Below, piece by piece: positions 17,827 through 29,400 of a stretch of DNA of 64,000 bases (the first letter of the stretch is position 1; each line of letters starts with the position of its first letter). The position numbers and the translations under genes were made by a program. The notes beneath the pieces are model-generated. The model made no database searches. It was given only the letters and a program-made list of their open reading frames with translations, and was not told the DNA's origin. The stretch covers positions 6,265 through 70,264 of the forward strand of contig CAZCAO010000002.1 in NCBI GenBank assembly GCA_964496815.1. The letters run 5' to 3'. Origin of the DNA: an uncultured Candidatus Saccharibacteria bacterium (GTDB lineage Bacteria > Patescibacteriota > Saccharimonadia > CAILAD01 > JADZBC01).

Positions 17827-20247
17827 CTACTTAGGTGGGGCCGCGGATTGTAAGTCTGCCGCTGCAAGCGTGATAACCGACCCGGGCGTGGTCTCCCCTG
17901 CAAGAATGCGGTGACTAATCGTATTCTCAACATACTGCTGTAACGCCCTGCGCATTGGTCGTGCCCCTAAGCGCGGATCATAACCCGCCCGTACGATAAA
18001 CTCTAGGGCGTCCTGCGTTAAAGCAACCTTGATGTTCTGCTGAGCAAGTGTTTTATTGAGACTATCGACCATTAACATAACTACCTGCTTGAGCTCGTCA
18101 GTATTCAAAGGACGAAACAGGGCAATATCATCAAATCGATTGAGAAGTTCCGGTTTAAAGATATTCTTAGCAATCAGCTGGTCGACAAACTCCTTCTCGA
18201 AGCGTTCCAGCTGCATGCCGGCCGCGATCTTCGTGCGAATTTCATCAGCACCGGCGTTTGAGGTCACGATTATAATTGCTTCCTTAAACGAAGTCACCTT
18301 GCCGCTCGTATCTGTCAGGGTTCCCTCATCAAGCATTTGAAGCAAAAGGTTGAGGATATCAGGGTGAGCCTTTTCAATTTCGTCTAGCAAAATAACTGAA
18401 AATGGCTGCATGGCAACTTGTTCTAAAAATCCACTACCCGATGAGTCGTCAGAAGCAGCTTCGAGAATTCTCGACACGTCAGTAGCCAGCTGATATTCAC
18501 TCATGTCGAGGCGGATAAAGTCGGATTCACTCGAAAAGTACGTTGCCGCAAGAGACTTCGCCAACTCAGTCTTGCCTACGCCAGTAGGGCCTAGGAAAAG
18601 GAAGCTTCCAACAGGACGCCTAGGATCACGAACGCCTGCTCGCGACCGACGTAATGCCTCAGACACTATGGTAACTGCTCTCGACTGGTTGATCATGCGT
18701 TTATGAATGAGGTCTTCGAGGTGGAGTAATTGATCACGCTCAGCCGATGAAGCTTCTAGGACCTTTGCTCCAGTGGTTTTTTCAACTGCCGCCTTAACCG
18801 ACTGTCGTGTGATAAGACCATTGTCTGGGTAATTAAGTGCGTCCTGCAACAAATCAATTGCCTTTGCAGGAAAGGCCTTGTTGGTAATAAACCGCTGAGC
18901 CATGGCGTAGGTTTCTTGTAGGGCGCCATAACCAATAACTACATTTGCTTGCGATTCTAATGGTGTGGCAAAATCCTGTAAAATTCGAATAATCTGCCGC
19001 TCATCTAGCTCTGCCAATTCAATCTTGGTAATCTGCGCGAGCAATGCCGGTCGTGTGGCCGCAAACTTGTGCCAATCTTCCTGTGATAATGCAAAGATCA
19101 TCGGCATGTGGGTTTGCTCTAGCACCTGCATGAGAATATGCGAGATGTCTACGGATCCTGCGCCCTGCTCCATAAACAACTGGGTTTCATCTAGGAAAAG
19201 AATGATGTTTCTAGCATGAACTGCGTCGTAGATAATCTCTTCAATGATACTGTCTACAGATTGCTGTTCACGCACCTGTGAGGTGATGTGGTTTGCATCT
19301 AGTTTGACGATCTGTAAATAAGCTAGTGCTCGACTCTCAGGTCCCCCTTTAAGCATGGTTTCGGCAAGGGCACTAACGAGCGAAGACTTACCCGATCCGG
19401 CAGGTGCAACAAGTGCCACACTATTGCGATTTGGACGAGCTATGATCTGAATCATTTGATCAATCACATCTTCTCTGGCGACGCCCGAGAACATACTATA
19501 GCCAGATTCAATCTGTTTACTCAGGTTTTCACCATAATGATCTAATACTGGCGTGTACCCATTCGACCAATCACGAGCAAGGCCACCAAATAAGCTGCGC
19601 TTGTTTGGACTCAAATAGCGACGGCGGATCGCGTCTTGCCAGCTCAGGCCAGAGAGCAGGTCGCCGCTATCTATGCCAATTTTCTGCAAGACCGCTTGAG
19701 CAGCTGGATGGAGCTCTATCATGGCGACAAAGAGTGATCCTGCAGTAATGTAGTCACTATGCACACTCTCCGAGAGTGAGTAGGCTGCTGCATAAATCTG
19801 TTGTAGGTCAATTTGTGCGGAAGTAAAAATCTTCTCTATTTCAGCCCCTGGTAGACCAAAACGCTGCAAAAAGAACCTAGCTTCCCAGTGCGCGGCCAGA
19901 CTCCTCCATAGATCCAATGAAGACTTTGCTTGCAATATGGGTAAAGCCATATCAGACAGAGTAAGCTCAGTCATCTCCGCTACATTATGATCAGATACAG
20001 GGTGACCGGCATCAATGCGCGCCAGATCCCACTTTTGCCAAATCAGCATGCAGTAGAGGACGGTGGCTAGGGCCAACACAATATATCCGATATTAATACC
20101 CGCTAAGCAGAGGCCAAGCCCCAAAACGCCGGAGAGAGTAAGGGTTAGCCGAAAAATCTGCAAGACAGTCGGCCGCAAAAGGCGCGCTGCAGGAATCTTT
20201 TGAGCACGCAAGCTGCCGGAAACGGTAAGCAGGGCCGTCTGATTCAT
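17827..20247 (-). CDS. membrane-anchored Clp/Hsp100-like double AAA+ ATPase
   Basis: Two N-terminal TM helices precede a divergent D1 (APAGSGKS, ILFLDE) and a canonical ClpB-type D2 ([21 protein letters not shown]). Confidence 0.75.
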   Translation of the reverse strand: MNQTALLTVSGSLRAQKIPAARLLRPTVLQIFRLTLTLSGVLGLGLCLAGINIGYIVLALATVLYCMLIWQKWDLARIDAGHPVSDHNVAEMTELTLSDMALPILQAKSSLDLWRSLAAHWEARFFLQRFGLPGAEIEKIFTSAQIDLQQIYAAAYSLSESVHSDYITAGSLFVAMIELHPAAQAVLQKIGIDSGDLLSGLSWQDAIRRRYLSPNKRSLFGGLARDWSNGYTPVLDHYGENLSKQIESGYSMFSGVAREDVIDQMIQIIARPNRNSVALVAPAGSGKSSLVSALAETMLKGGPESRALAYLQIVKLDANHITSQVREQQSVDSIIEEIIYDAVHARNIILFLDETQLFMEQGAGSVDISHILMQVLEQTHMPMIFALSQEDWHKFAATRPALLAQITKIELAELDERQIIRILQDFATPLESQANVVIGYGALQETYAMAQRFITNKAFPAKAIDLLQDALNYPDNGLITRQSVKAAVEKTTGAKVLEASSAERDQLLHLEDLIHKRMINQSRAVTIVSEALRRSRAGVRDPRRPVGSFLFLGPTGVGKTELAKSLAATYFSSESDFIRLDMSEYQLATDVSRILEAASDDSSGSGFLEQVAMQPFSVILLDEIEKAHPDILNLLLQMLDEGTLTDTSGKVTSFKEAIIIVTSNAGADEIRTKIAAGMQLERFEKEFVDQLIAKNIFKPELLNRFDDIALFRPLNTDELKQVVMLMVDSLNKTLAQQNIKVALTQDALEFIVRAGYDPRLGARPMRRALQQYVENTISHRILAGETTPGSVITLAAADLQSAAPPK

Positions 20248-20609
20248 AATAATACCCCAGCTAGAATCAAAAGAACTGGTGCGAACGGGAGTATTGGCCA
20301 GACTATAAACTGTACTAATCTATAGATCCCAACCCCAAAAATACTTATCGCAACTATAAAGAGTAAAATTAAACGAATACTAAAGCCGATGAAGCGAGAA
20401 ACCAAGTTCCCTATTAGTGCGTTTATTCGATCTTGAACAGCCTTTGATCTCGAAGCGACCACGTCCTGCTTCCAGGGCGCAAATAGTGTTGCTAGCACTG
20501 TTCGTACTGAAAATAGCTGGGCGATGTAAGAAATATTGTCACGGGCAACTGTAGGCACCTGTAGCCAGCCAGCACGATACCACCAGTTAAAGAAGCTAAG
20601 CATAAACAT
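20244..20609 (-). CDS. small membrane protein translationally coupled to the AAA+ gene
   Basis: 121-aa protein with about 3 TM segments. A 4-nt ATGA overlap joins it to the downstream AAA+ gene. Confidence 0.55.
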   Translation of the reverse strand: MFMLSFFNWWYRAGWLQVPTVARDNISYIAQLFSVRTVLATLFAPWKQDVVASRSKAVQDRINALIGNLVSRFIGFSIRLILLFIVAISIFGVGIYRLVQFIVWPILPFAPVLLILAGVLL

Positions 20610-20749
20610 AATACTAACATTGTATCAGGGATTCCATCCTATCCACAACGGCGATGTCCTCACCACGGGCATCTAGGTGCCGACTAGCAGTAGGTGTGGT
20701 TGTCAGCTAGAATATAGTCACGCCAAAAATATGATAGGAGATGGACAGA

Positions 20750-21295
20750 ATGCCACTGCACCTAACCGTGGGTCCCATGAAGTCAGGTAAATCCCTCGAA
20801 CTCATCAAAATCTTCTCGCCACTGGTACACAGTGATATGAAGTGGGTGGTCTTGCAGCCCAGGCTACACGATCGAGAAGCCCAAGTGAGTTCTCGTGCGG
20901 GTGCCAGCATCCAAACGACAAAGGTCGACAGACTCGATGTCGACGACCTTGCGGATTACGAAGTAGTCGGCATAGACGAAGTCCATATGTTCAGCCAGGA
21001 CGAGCTGCGCTCGCTCAATGCCCTGCTTGCAAAGGGAGTGACTGTGTTTGCAGTCGGGCTTGATATGGATTATCGCGGCAAGCTAATCGAAAGTACCGTC
21101 GCCTTAATGGAACTGGGCCCAACCAGCGTACAGTGCCTCGTGGCAGTCTGCGATGTGTGCAGAAGCTACGATGCACGATTCAGCCAAGTTCTCCAGCGTG
21201 GCAAGGTGATCACAGAAGGCCTTCCCTCCATACTCCCAGAGGATGGCACCTATACGTATGAGGCGCGCTGCAGGCAGTGTTTCGTGCAAGCATAG
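20750..21295 (+). CDS. tdk: thymidine kinase
   Basis: P-loop GPMKSGKS and a C-terminal Cys pair region (CDVC...CRQC). The start is set at the ATG 9 nt after AGGAG. Confidence 0.85.
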   Translation: MPLHLTVGPMKSGKSLELIKIFSPLVHSDMKWVVLQPRLHDREAQVSSRAGASIQTTKVDRLDVDDLADYEVVGIDEVHMFSQDELRSLNALLAKGVTVFAVGLDMDYRGKLIESTVALMELGPTSVQCLVAVCDVCRSYDARFSQVLQRGKVITEGLPSILPEDGTYTYEARCRQCFVQA

Positions 21296-21368
21296 CACTT
21301 GCTTCAAGACATGTCTTGCATTACTATATTCTGGGTGTAAATCCTAACCCTCAAACTGAAGGGGCAAC

Positions 21369-21542
21369 ATGCCTGAAGAGCAAACAGGGCAATCGACCAC
21401 TCGAGACACCCTGCTCACGAACTTCCTCGGCCGAGAGAAGCCAGCTCCTGTAGACGCCATTCCGGCGGAAGCCAACCGCAGGGCAAGCTCAGGACCCAAC
21501 AACGGCCTACGGCCGGTTCACCACCCCCTCCCTCCTGACTGA
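21369..21542 (+). CDS. possible 57-aa Pro-rich ORF
   Basis: Hand translation: MPEEQTGQSTTRDTLLTNFLGREKPAPVDAIPAEANRRASSGPNNGLRPVHHPLPPD. The SD is weak (GAAGGGG). It is followed by a strong hairpin. Confidence 0.3.
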   Translation: MPEEQTGQSTTRDTLLTNFLGREKPAPVDAIPAEANRRASSGPNNGLRPVHHPLPPD

Positions 21543-21564
21543 TCCCATGCTGTCGTGGAGACCT

Positions 21565-21598
21565 AGGACCCTAGTGTGCGAAAGCGTGCTAGGGTCCT
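21565..21598 (+). terminator. 15-bp hairpin with GAAA tetraloop
   Basis: AGGACCCTAGTGTGC-GAAA-GCGTGCTAGGGTCCT. Its three G-U pairs are valid only on the plus strand. Confidence 0.5.
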
Positions 21599-21624
21599 TC
21601 CACTTTGCAAGACGTCTAAACACA

Positions 21625-21655
21625 AAAACCACCTCTTTATGCGGGAGGTGGTTTT
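21625..21655 (-). terminator. terminator after rpsG
   Basis: AAAACCACCTC-9 nt-GAGGTGGTTTT stem with flanking U-rich sequence, 22 nt after the rpsG stop. Confidence 0.65.
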
Positions 21656-21676
21656 GTGTAGATATACTAGTTGATT

Positions 21677-22153
21677 CTAATAACGCGCAAAATGTGCAAA
21701 AGCCTTATTAGCCTCGGCCATCTGGTGTGTGTCTTGCTTCTTTTTGACCGCTTCACCGGTGTTATTATACGCATCTACTAGCTCATTGGCTAACAGCTTA
21801 TCAAACGAGTGTCCACTGCGACCTCGAGCGGCTGTCAAGATCCAGGTCATCGCCAAGTGGACTTTGCGATCACCACGAACCTCCATCGGTACTTGATAGT
21901 TAGTTCCGCCGATTCGCTTACTCTTCACTTGTACTTGGGGCGAGACATTCTTAATAGCTCCCTCGAAAACCTCTAGAGCATCCTTTTGGGCTTTTTCACT
22001 TGCTTGAGTTAGTGCATCATATACCAAGCTCTCAGCAAGACGCTTTTTACCACTGCGCATAACTTTGTTGATCATACGAGTAACCATAACATTGTTGTAA
22101 ACAATGTCAGCTGGTAATTCGCGTTTGAGTGATTTAGTTTTCTTCCTTGGCAT
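21677..22153 (-). CDS. rpsG: 30S ribosomal protein S7
   Basis: S7 sequence (MINKVMRSGKKRLAE...). Confidence 0.95.
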   Translation of the reverse strand: MPRKKTKSLKRELPADIVYNNVMVTRMINKVMRSGKKRLAESLVYDALTQASEKAQKDALEVFEGAIKNVSPQVQVKSKRIGGTNYQVPMEVRGDRKVHLAMTWILTAARGRSGHSFDKLLANELVDAYNNTGEAVKKKQDTHQMAEANKAFAHFARY

Positions 22154-22155
22154 TT

Positions 22156-22575
22156 TTACGCCTTTGCTTTCTCTAATTTAGCGCCATATTTACTACGGCC
22201 CTGCTTACGTCCTGCCACACCGGCAGTATCCAGTGCGCCACGCACGATGTGGTAACGCACACCACCAAGGTCCTTTACTCGACCACCGCGAACCAAGACA
22301 ACAGAGTGTTCTTGGAGGTTATGACCGACGCCACCAATGTAGGCTGTTACTTCCATACCATTAGTGAGACGAACACGCGCTACCTTGCGCAAAGCAGAGT
22401 TTGGTTTACGTGGAGTAGCTGTAAACACCTTCACACACACGCCGCGTTTAAACGGCGATGTGTTTGAAGTAGCTTTGTTTTTAAGCGTGTTTAAACTGCG
22501 GCCCATTGCAGGAGACTTACTCTTGCGTCGAGCTTTAGAACGTGGATTGCGAATGAGTTGGTTTATCGTTGGCAT
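22156..22575 (-). CDS. rpsL: 30S ribosomal protein S12
   Basis: [10 protein letters not shown]-terminus and the [10 protein letters not shown]-type motif. Confidence 0.95.
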   Translation of the reverse strand: MPTINQLIRNPRSKARRKSKSPAMGRSLNTLKNKATSNTSPFKRGVCVKVFTATPRKPNSALRKVARVRLTNGMEVTAYIGGVGHNLQEHSVVLVRGGRVKDLGGVRYHIVRGALDTAGVAGRKQGRSKYGAKLEKAKA

Positions 22576-22626
22576 AGTCTTACAACTTTGTTACTTTATC
22601 AGATAGAGCCTATCTGGTCAAGCAGC

Positions 22627-25600
22627 TTATAGCTCCTCCTCATTACGGAAGCCAGTACCTACAGGTATGAGGCGTCCGATGATCACGTTTTCTTTGAGAC
22701 CCCTGAGTTTATCTACCTTGCCTCGCGTCGCAGCACCAATCAATACCTTGGTAGTCTCCTGGAAGCTCGCTGCTGACAGCCAGCTGTCAGATGAAGTTGA
22801 AACCTTAGTCATTGGCATAAGGAGCTGCTCATATGTAGCCGGCTTCTTGCCTTCAGCGACAACTCGACGGTTTTCATCGTCCAGAGCAGCCTTGGAGACC
22901 ATATCGCCCGCTATGAAGTCAGTGTCTTGCGGATCTTCGATACGAACACGTGAGAACATCTGGCGAATAATCACCTCGATGTGCTTAGAGGCGATCGATT
23001 GACCCTGCGAAGAGTAGATGGCCTGCACTTCATCAACGACATAGCGCTGAACTGCTTCTTCGCCGATCAGCTTGAGCATATCCTGCAAGTTAATCGAGCC
23101 CTCGCTCAATCGCTCACCGACTGCAACAAGCTGGCCATGCTTCACGAGTAAGCCAGTGCTTACTGGAATCGTAAATTCACGACTGTTGCCACCGTCATGT
23201 GATAACACAATCTGTGTTTTACTAACCTTAACCGTTCCTGCGGCCTTAGACTTGATAGTACGGCTGCCGTCCTTGCTCTGCGCCATAATGTCACCATGAC
23301 CAACAACCTGACCGGTCTTAACGGCTGATTTCATGTCGCCGAGTTCGTATTCGGTAACTTTGGCGTCGGGTGGTGTAATGGTAATCGTATGTTTACTGTC
23401 ATCACTGACAATCTTTACTACACCTGCGACGTCAGCAAGGATAGCCTGACCCTTAGGATTACGCGCTTCAAAAATCTCTTGAACACGCGGTAGACCCTGG
23501 GTGATATCTGTACCAACACCAGCAAGGTGCTTTGTATTCATGGTTAGCTGAGTTCCAGGCTCACCAATACTCTGAGCGGCCATGATACCAACAGCCTCAC
23601 CAAGCTCAACCGTCGTACCTTTTGCAAGGTCAACACCGTAACACTTCTGACAGATGCCTCTGAGCGACTTACATTTTAGAATCGAGCGGATCTTCACGCC
23701 CTCTATCCCGGCTTCGACAATTGCTCGAGCAGCATCATCGGTGATGATTTGGCCCTTCTTCACAATCACATCGTTAGTCTTAGGGTGAACAACCTTATCA
23801 AGCGACGTACGACCGACCAGCCATGGGCCAACAGAGCTCTCACCAGCTGCTACAGCTTCTGCTTGAGTAACCATGTAGCCTTCTTTGTCGCCACAATCTG
23901 GCTCGGTGATAAGGATGTCTTGTGCGACATCAACCAATCGACGTGTCAGGTAGCCTGATTCAGCAGTACGAAGGGCGGTATCAGTTAGGCCCTTGCGAGC
24001 GCCGTGAGTTGAGATGAAGTACTCTAGAACGGAAAGTCCCTCTTTGTAGTTAGACTTCACTGGCAACTCAATAATGCGGCCCGATGGCGAAAGCATCAAA
24101 CCACGCATACCAGCCATTTGGTTTACTTGCTTAATGCCAGACTTAGCGCCGGACGCGATATCAATCGCGAAAGTTGAATTTTCTGGACTAAGTTCTTTTT
24201 CAATCTCGGTTTCAATACGGCTCGCAATGTCTTTCCAGTTTTCTACTACTTTCTCGCGGCGCTCTTGATCGGTAATCAAACCTTGATTGTACTGCCCTAG
24301 TAAATCGACTGTGCGCTTATCGCCTTCGGCAATAAGTTCAGGCTTTAGTTTAGGAGTAATCAAGTCATCCATACCGATTGAAAAGCCAGATAGTGTTGCA
24401 TAACGGAAACCAAGTTCTTTGATCGCATCGGCGAGTTTTGCAGTCTCTTCATTGCCATGCGTTGCGAAAACCTCGGCCATCACTTGCTTGAGAGAAGCCT
24501 TGTTCTGAGTCTCGTTCTTGAATGCAATGCCTTCCGGTAAAGCTTCGTTGAAGAACAGTCGGCCAGCTGTAGTGTCGATGATCGCGCCGTCGACACGAAC
24601 CTTTATCGCAGCACGCAAATCAATGTGCTTGTCCTGGTATGCATAAATTGCTTCCTTAGAATCAGAGAACACCTTACCTTCGCCTTTGGCACCTTCTTCA
24701 ATTGAGGTTAGGAAGTAACAACCAAGTACAACATCCTGCTGTGCGTTCACGATCGGCTCACCGCTTGAAGGCTTGAGCAAGTTATTGCTTGAGATCATAA
24801 TCTCTCTCGCTTCACGCTGGGCAGCTTCACTTAGAGGGACGTGAACAGCCATCTGGTCACCATCGAAGTCCGCGTTAAATGCAGGACAGACCATTGGGTG
24901 GAGCTGAATAGCTCGACCTTCGATCAGAACTGGCTTGAAAGCCTGGATCCCCAAGCGATGCAAGGTAGGTGCGCGGTTAAGCAATACGTACTTGTCAGCA
25001 ATTACTTCATCGAGGGTGTCCCATACCTCATCACGAGCACGCTCAACCATACGAGCAGCTGATTTTACATTATGTGCATAGCCCTGAGCGATCAACTTAC
25101 CAATAACGAATGGCTTGAAGAGCTCGAGAGCCATTTTCTTAGGCAAACCACACTGGTCAATCTTAAGATGCGGACCGATTACAATAACTGAGCGACCAGA
25201 GTAGTCAACACGCTTACCGAGAAGGTTCTGACGGAAACGACCCTGCTTGCCTTTGAGAAGGTCGGTCAAGCTCTTGAGCTTTTTACGATTGCCAGTTGCG
25301 CTCACTGCTCGCTCACGACGGGCGTTATTGTCGATAAGAGCATCAACAGCCTCTTGTAGCATTCGCTTCTCGTTACGGCAAATTACCTCTGGGGCCTCCA
25401 GGGCAAAGAGCTTCTTAAGGCGGTTATTGCGGTTGATAACACGGCGGTAGAGGTCGTTGAGGTCTGAGGCAGCAAATCGACCACCGTCTAACTGAACCAT
25501 TGGGCGCAAGTCAGGTGGAATAACCGGCAGTTCAGTTGTAATCATCCATTCTGGACGAATGTCAGCCTGGATCATGCCTTCAATTGACTTGAGACGTTTG

Positions 25601-26400
25601 AGGGCTTTTTTCTTCTTCTGGCCAACTGAGCTTTCCGACTCTTCGCGAAGACGATTAGCTAATTCAGTTAGGTCAATTTCGACAAGAAGCTCACGAATGG
25701 CTTCTGCACCAATACCAGCAGTAAAGACGTTGCCGTATTTCAGGTTGAGGTCACGATAACGGCTTTCTGGAAGAAGCTGATATTTTGCGAAGGCGTTAAG
25801 CTCTGCTTTAGCATTCGTATAGTTGGCGTCGAGTTCTTCGAGTTCCTTGAGTGCTTCTTCGCTCAGCTCCTTGCCTTCTTCTGGCTGGTGCTTCTTCATA
25901 ATGTCTGTACGACGTGATTTGAAGTCGGCGTCAAGATCGGCAAGTGCCTGTTTGCGTGCGTCTTCATCGACTGACTTGACGATGAAGTTAGCAAAATAAA
26001 CAACGCGCTCTAGATCGCGAACACCCATATTGAGCACAAGGCTAATCGTTGACGGCGTACCACGTAGGAACCAAATGTGGGCTACCGGCACTGCGAGACT
26101 AATGTGACCCAAGCGCTCACGTCGAACAATACTACGAGTTACGAGAACGCCACACTTATCACAGGTAATACCCTTGTAGCGAATACCTTTGTATTTACCA
26201 CAATAACACTGCCAGTCTTTGGTCGGTCCAAAGATCTTTTCGCAGAACAAGCCGTCTTTTTCTGGCTTCTGGGTTCGGTAGTTAATTGTTTCTGGCTTAG
26301 TAATCTCGCCGTGTGACCACTGAAGAATCTGATCTGGTGAGGCCAAGGAAAGCTTAATCGCTTCAAAATCAATCACCTGTTGTTCGTGAGTAGTTTCCAT
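22627..26400 (-). CDS. rpoC: RNA polymerase beta-prime subunit
   Basis: 1257-aa protein with the NADFDGDQM catalytic motif and an N-terminal Zn-finger Cys cluster. Confidence 0.97.
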   Translation of the reverse strand: METTHEQQVIDFEAIKLSLASPDQILQWSHGEITKPETINYRTQKPEKDGLFCEKIFGPTKDWQCYCGKYKGIRYKGITCDKCGVLVTRSIVRRERLGHISLAVPVAHIWFLRGTPSTISLVLNMGVRDLERVVYFANFIVKSVDEDARKQALADLDADFKSRRTDIMKKHQPEEGKELSEEALKELEELDANYTNAKAELNAFAKYQLLPESRYRDLNLKYGNVFTAGIGAEAIRELLVEIDLTELANRLREESESSVGQKKKKALKRLKSIEGMIQADIRPEWMITTELPVIPPDLRPMVQLDGGRFAASDLNDLYRRVINRNNRLKKLFALEAPEVICRNEKRMLQEAVDALIDNNARRERAVSATGNRKKLKSLTDLLKGKQGRFRQNLLGKRVDYSGRSVIVIGPHLKIDQCGLPKKMALELFKPFVIGKLIAQGYAHNVKSAARMVERARDEVWDTLDEVIADKYVLLNRAPTLHRLGIQAFKPVLIEGRAIQLHPMVCPAFNADFDGDQMAVHVPLSEAAQREAREIMISSNNLLKPSSGEPIVNAQQDVVLGCYFLTSIEEGAKGEGKVFSDSKEAIYAYQDKHIDLRAAIKVRVDGAIIDTTAGRLFFNEALPEGIAFKNETQNKASLKQVMAEVFATHGNEETAKLADAIKELGFRYATLSGFSIGMDDLITPKLKPELIAEGDKRTVDLLGQYNQGLITDQERREKVVENWKDIASRIETEIEKELSPENSTFAIDIASGAKSGIKQVNQMAGMRGLMLSPSGRIIELPVKSNYKEGLSVLEYFISTHGARKGLTDTALRTAESGYLTRRLVDVAQDILITEPDCGDKEGYMVTQAEAVAAGESSVGPWLVGRTSLDKVVHPKTNDVIVKKGQIITDDAARAIVEAGIEGVKIRSILKCKSLRGICQKCYGVDLAKGTTVELGEAVGIMAAQSIGEPGTQLTMNTKHLAGVGTDITQGLPRVQEIFEARNPKGQAILADVAGVVKIVSDDSKHTITITPPDAKVTEYELGDMKSAVKTGQVVGHGDIMAQSKDGSRTIKSKAAGTVKVSKTQIVLSHDGGNSREFTIPVSTGLLVKHGQLVAVGERLSEGSINLQDMLKLIGEEAVQRYVVDEVQAIYSSQGQSIASKHIEVIIRQMFSRVRIEDPQDTDFIAGDMVSKAALDDENRRVVAEGKKPATYEQLLMPMTKVSTSSDSWLSAASFQETTKVLIGAATRGKVDKLRGLKENVIIGRLIPVGTGFRNEEEL

Positions 26401-26401
26401 G

Positions 26402-29400
26402 CTAGACCTCCTCTCCTTCTACTTGTTTTAAATCTTCCTCATCTGGTCCAATTTCCTCTGATACCTGAGCTAATACTTCGAAGCTATCTTCCGCACCTAG
26501 GTCTTCTAAATCAACCACTGCCTGGCCGTCCATTGGTTCGTTGCCGACCATGAGTTCCGATTCACCTAGCTCGATTGCTTCGTCCTCAGTTACGTCAGCG
26601 AGCATTTCCTCGGCATCAATCTCGAGGCCAGGGCCCTTCTCTAGCTCAACTGCAAGGGTCAAGCTCTGCAATTCCTTAACGAGTACGTTAAATGACTCAG
26701 GGATTCGAGAGCCCTTAATAGCTTCGTCTTTAATGATCGACTCGTATGCCTTAGATCGTCCAATAACATCATCGGACTTAATTGTAAGCATTTCCTGCAA
26801 GGTATTGGCGGCACCGTATGCCTCAAGAGCCCATACTTCCATTTCGCCAAACCGCTGACCACCCATCTGTGCTTTACCACCGAGTGGCTGCTGAGTGACC
26901 ATAGCATATGGACCGGTTGAACGGGCATGAATCTTGTCGTCAACCATGTGATGAAGTTTTAGCATATACTTATAACCAACGGTGGTTTTCTGGGCAAAAG
27001 GTTCACCGCTAAAACCGTGGAATAACTGTGCCTTACCGTCTTCTGGTAAACCTGCCTTCTTAAGCTCGGCTTTAATCTGTTCGACCGATACACCGTCAAA
27101 TACTGGTGTTGCTACGCTATAACCTAGCGCGTTTGCAGCCCAGCCTAAGTGTGTTTCTAGAATCTGTCCCAAATTCATACGAGTACCGACACCAAGGGTG
27201 TTAAGGATAATATCCACTGGTGTACCGTCTTCGAGATAAGGCATATCCTCGACAGGCAAAATGCGAGAGATCACCCCCTTGTCTCCATGTCGACCAGCCA
27301 TCTTATCACCAACTGAAATTTTACGTAGTTCAGCAACTGACACGTAGATCTGCTGTAGGACGCCACTTGGTAGATCGTCGCCATTTTCTTTAGAAAGGAT
27401 CTTAACGCCTACTACCTTACCAGACGAACCATTCGGCATAGTCAAGCTTGTATCTTTTACGTCGCGAGCCTTTTCACCAAAGATCGCACGCAATAGGCGC
27501 TCTTCGCTTGAAAGATCAGTTTCACCTTTTGGTGTAATCTTGCCTACGAGGATGTCGCCAGCACTCACTTCAGCACCAATACGTACAATGCCGTTCTCAT
27601 CGAGATCTTTCAGGGCGTCTTCGCTTACATTGGCAATATCTCTCGTGACCAACTCTGGGCCAAGCTTGGTATCGCGTACATCGATTTGGTGGTCTTCGAT
27701 ATGAATCGAAGTATAGCGGTCGTCCTGAACAAGTCGCTGAGAAATAATCACTGCATCTTCGTAGTTATAACCATCAAATGGCATAAAGGCCACCAACACG
27801 TTCTGACCAAGCGCGAGCTCACCATTGACTGTGCTCATACCGTCAGCCAGTACATCGCCTTTTTTGATCTTATCGCCAGCAAATACGGCTACGCGTTGAT
27901 GTATAGCAGCACCCGCGTTACTTCGAACAAAGTTCGTTAAGCTATAGGTTTTATTCTCGCCCTTCTTGTAGGCAACAGTAATTTCTGAAGCAGTCGCGCT
28001 CAGAACCTCACCGTCTTGCTCGGCCAAGATAACTTGCCCGGAATCCATGGCGGCCTTAGCTTCGATACCGGTTCCAACCACTGGAGCCTGAGGTCGCACA
28101 ACCGCTACGGCTTGGCGCTGCATGTTAGCACCCATCAAAGCACGTTTTGGATCATCATGTTCCAAGAATGGAATGAGGGCGGTCGAAACACTAACCGTCT
28201 GCTTCGAGGACACGTCCATGTACTGAACTTTGTCGGCTTCTTCATCATCAGCCTCGCCGTTAATACCACGTACGGAAAGACGTTCTGCCAAGAAATAGCC
28301 ATGCTCATCAGTTGGCGTGTTTGCCTGTGCAATCACACATTTTTCTTCATCAGCAGCGTCCAGATAAACAATTTGGTCAGTCAAGCGCGCTTTTACAGGA
28401 ACAGTTTCAACTCCGGCTTTGGCAATTTTCTTCGCCATAGCTTCGGTTAACTTATCACCCTTTTTCGCCAGTACAGTGCCTTTGGCATCTTTCACGTTTG
28501 CACGCAAGATCTCGCCTGCACCATCAGCTGCATTCACCTCGTTAACCACCTTAAGATACGGAGTTTCAATGAAGCCATATTCATTTACCTTGGCATATGA
28601 AGCCAATGTCGAAACCAAACCAATGTTTGGTCCTTCTGGAGTTTCAATCGGACAGATGCGACCATAGTGAGTTCGGTGTACATCGCGAACTTCGAATCCC
28701 GCACGCTCACGGCTCAAACCGCCTGGACCCATGGCGTTCAGACGACGCTTATGCACGAGTTCAGCAAGTGGATTAATCTGCTCCATGAATTGTGAAAGCT
28801 GGTGAGAAGCATAAAACTCCTTCACGCTCGCCACAATTGGTCGCACGTTAATCAGCTGTCCTGGCGCAACAGTTTCAATATCAGCCACGCCCATACGGTC
28901 CTTAATAATGCGCTCCATGCGCAGAATGCCTAGTCGGAAACGCTGCTGAATCTGCTCACCAACCATCTTGAGACGACGATTAGCTAGGTGATCGATGTCT
29001 TCGCTCATCTCGCCGGCGTTCGACATACGAATTGCCTCAGCGATGATTGCGATCAGATCTTCTTTGCGTAAAACGCGGTTTTCAGGAATATTTTTAACAT
29101 CGAGATTGAGACGTTTATTGAGCTTATAGCGACCAACTTTAGAAAAGTCATAGCGCTTAAAGTCAAAGAACATGCTATCAATCAGACTCTTTGAGTTCTC
29201 TACGGTAGCGAGATCGCCTGGACGAATACGGCGGTATACCTCCATGAGCGCTTCAGCAGTTGAGCTCGATGAATCCTTGGCGATCGTCTCGTCGATAAAC
29301 TTTACTTCCCCCGTATCAACATGAGCGAACAAATCCTTGAGCTCTGCGTCCGTGCCATAACCAAAAGCACGCAACAGCGTCGTAACAGGTAGTTTACGCT

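Larger units (their letters stand above)
20700..21600 (+). other. foreign-looking insert C (tdk plus a small ORF) inside the str locus
   Basis: It is a plus-strand unit among minus-strand core genes. GC3 is visibly higher than in its neighbours, and it has its own GAAA-tetraloop terminator. Confidence 0.5.
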
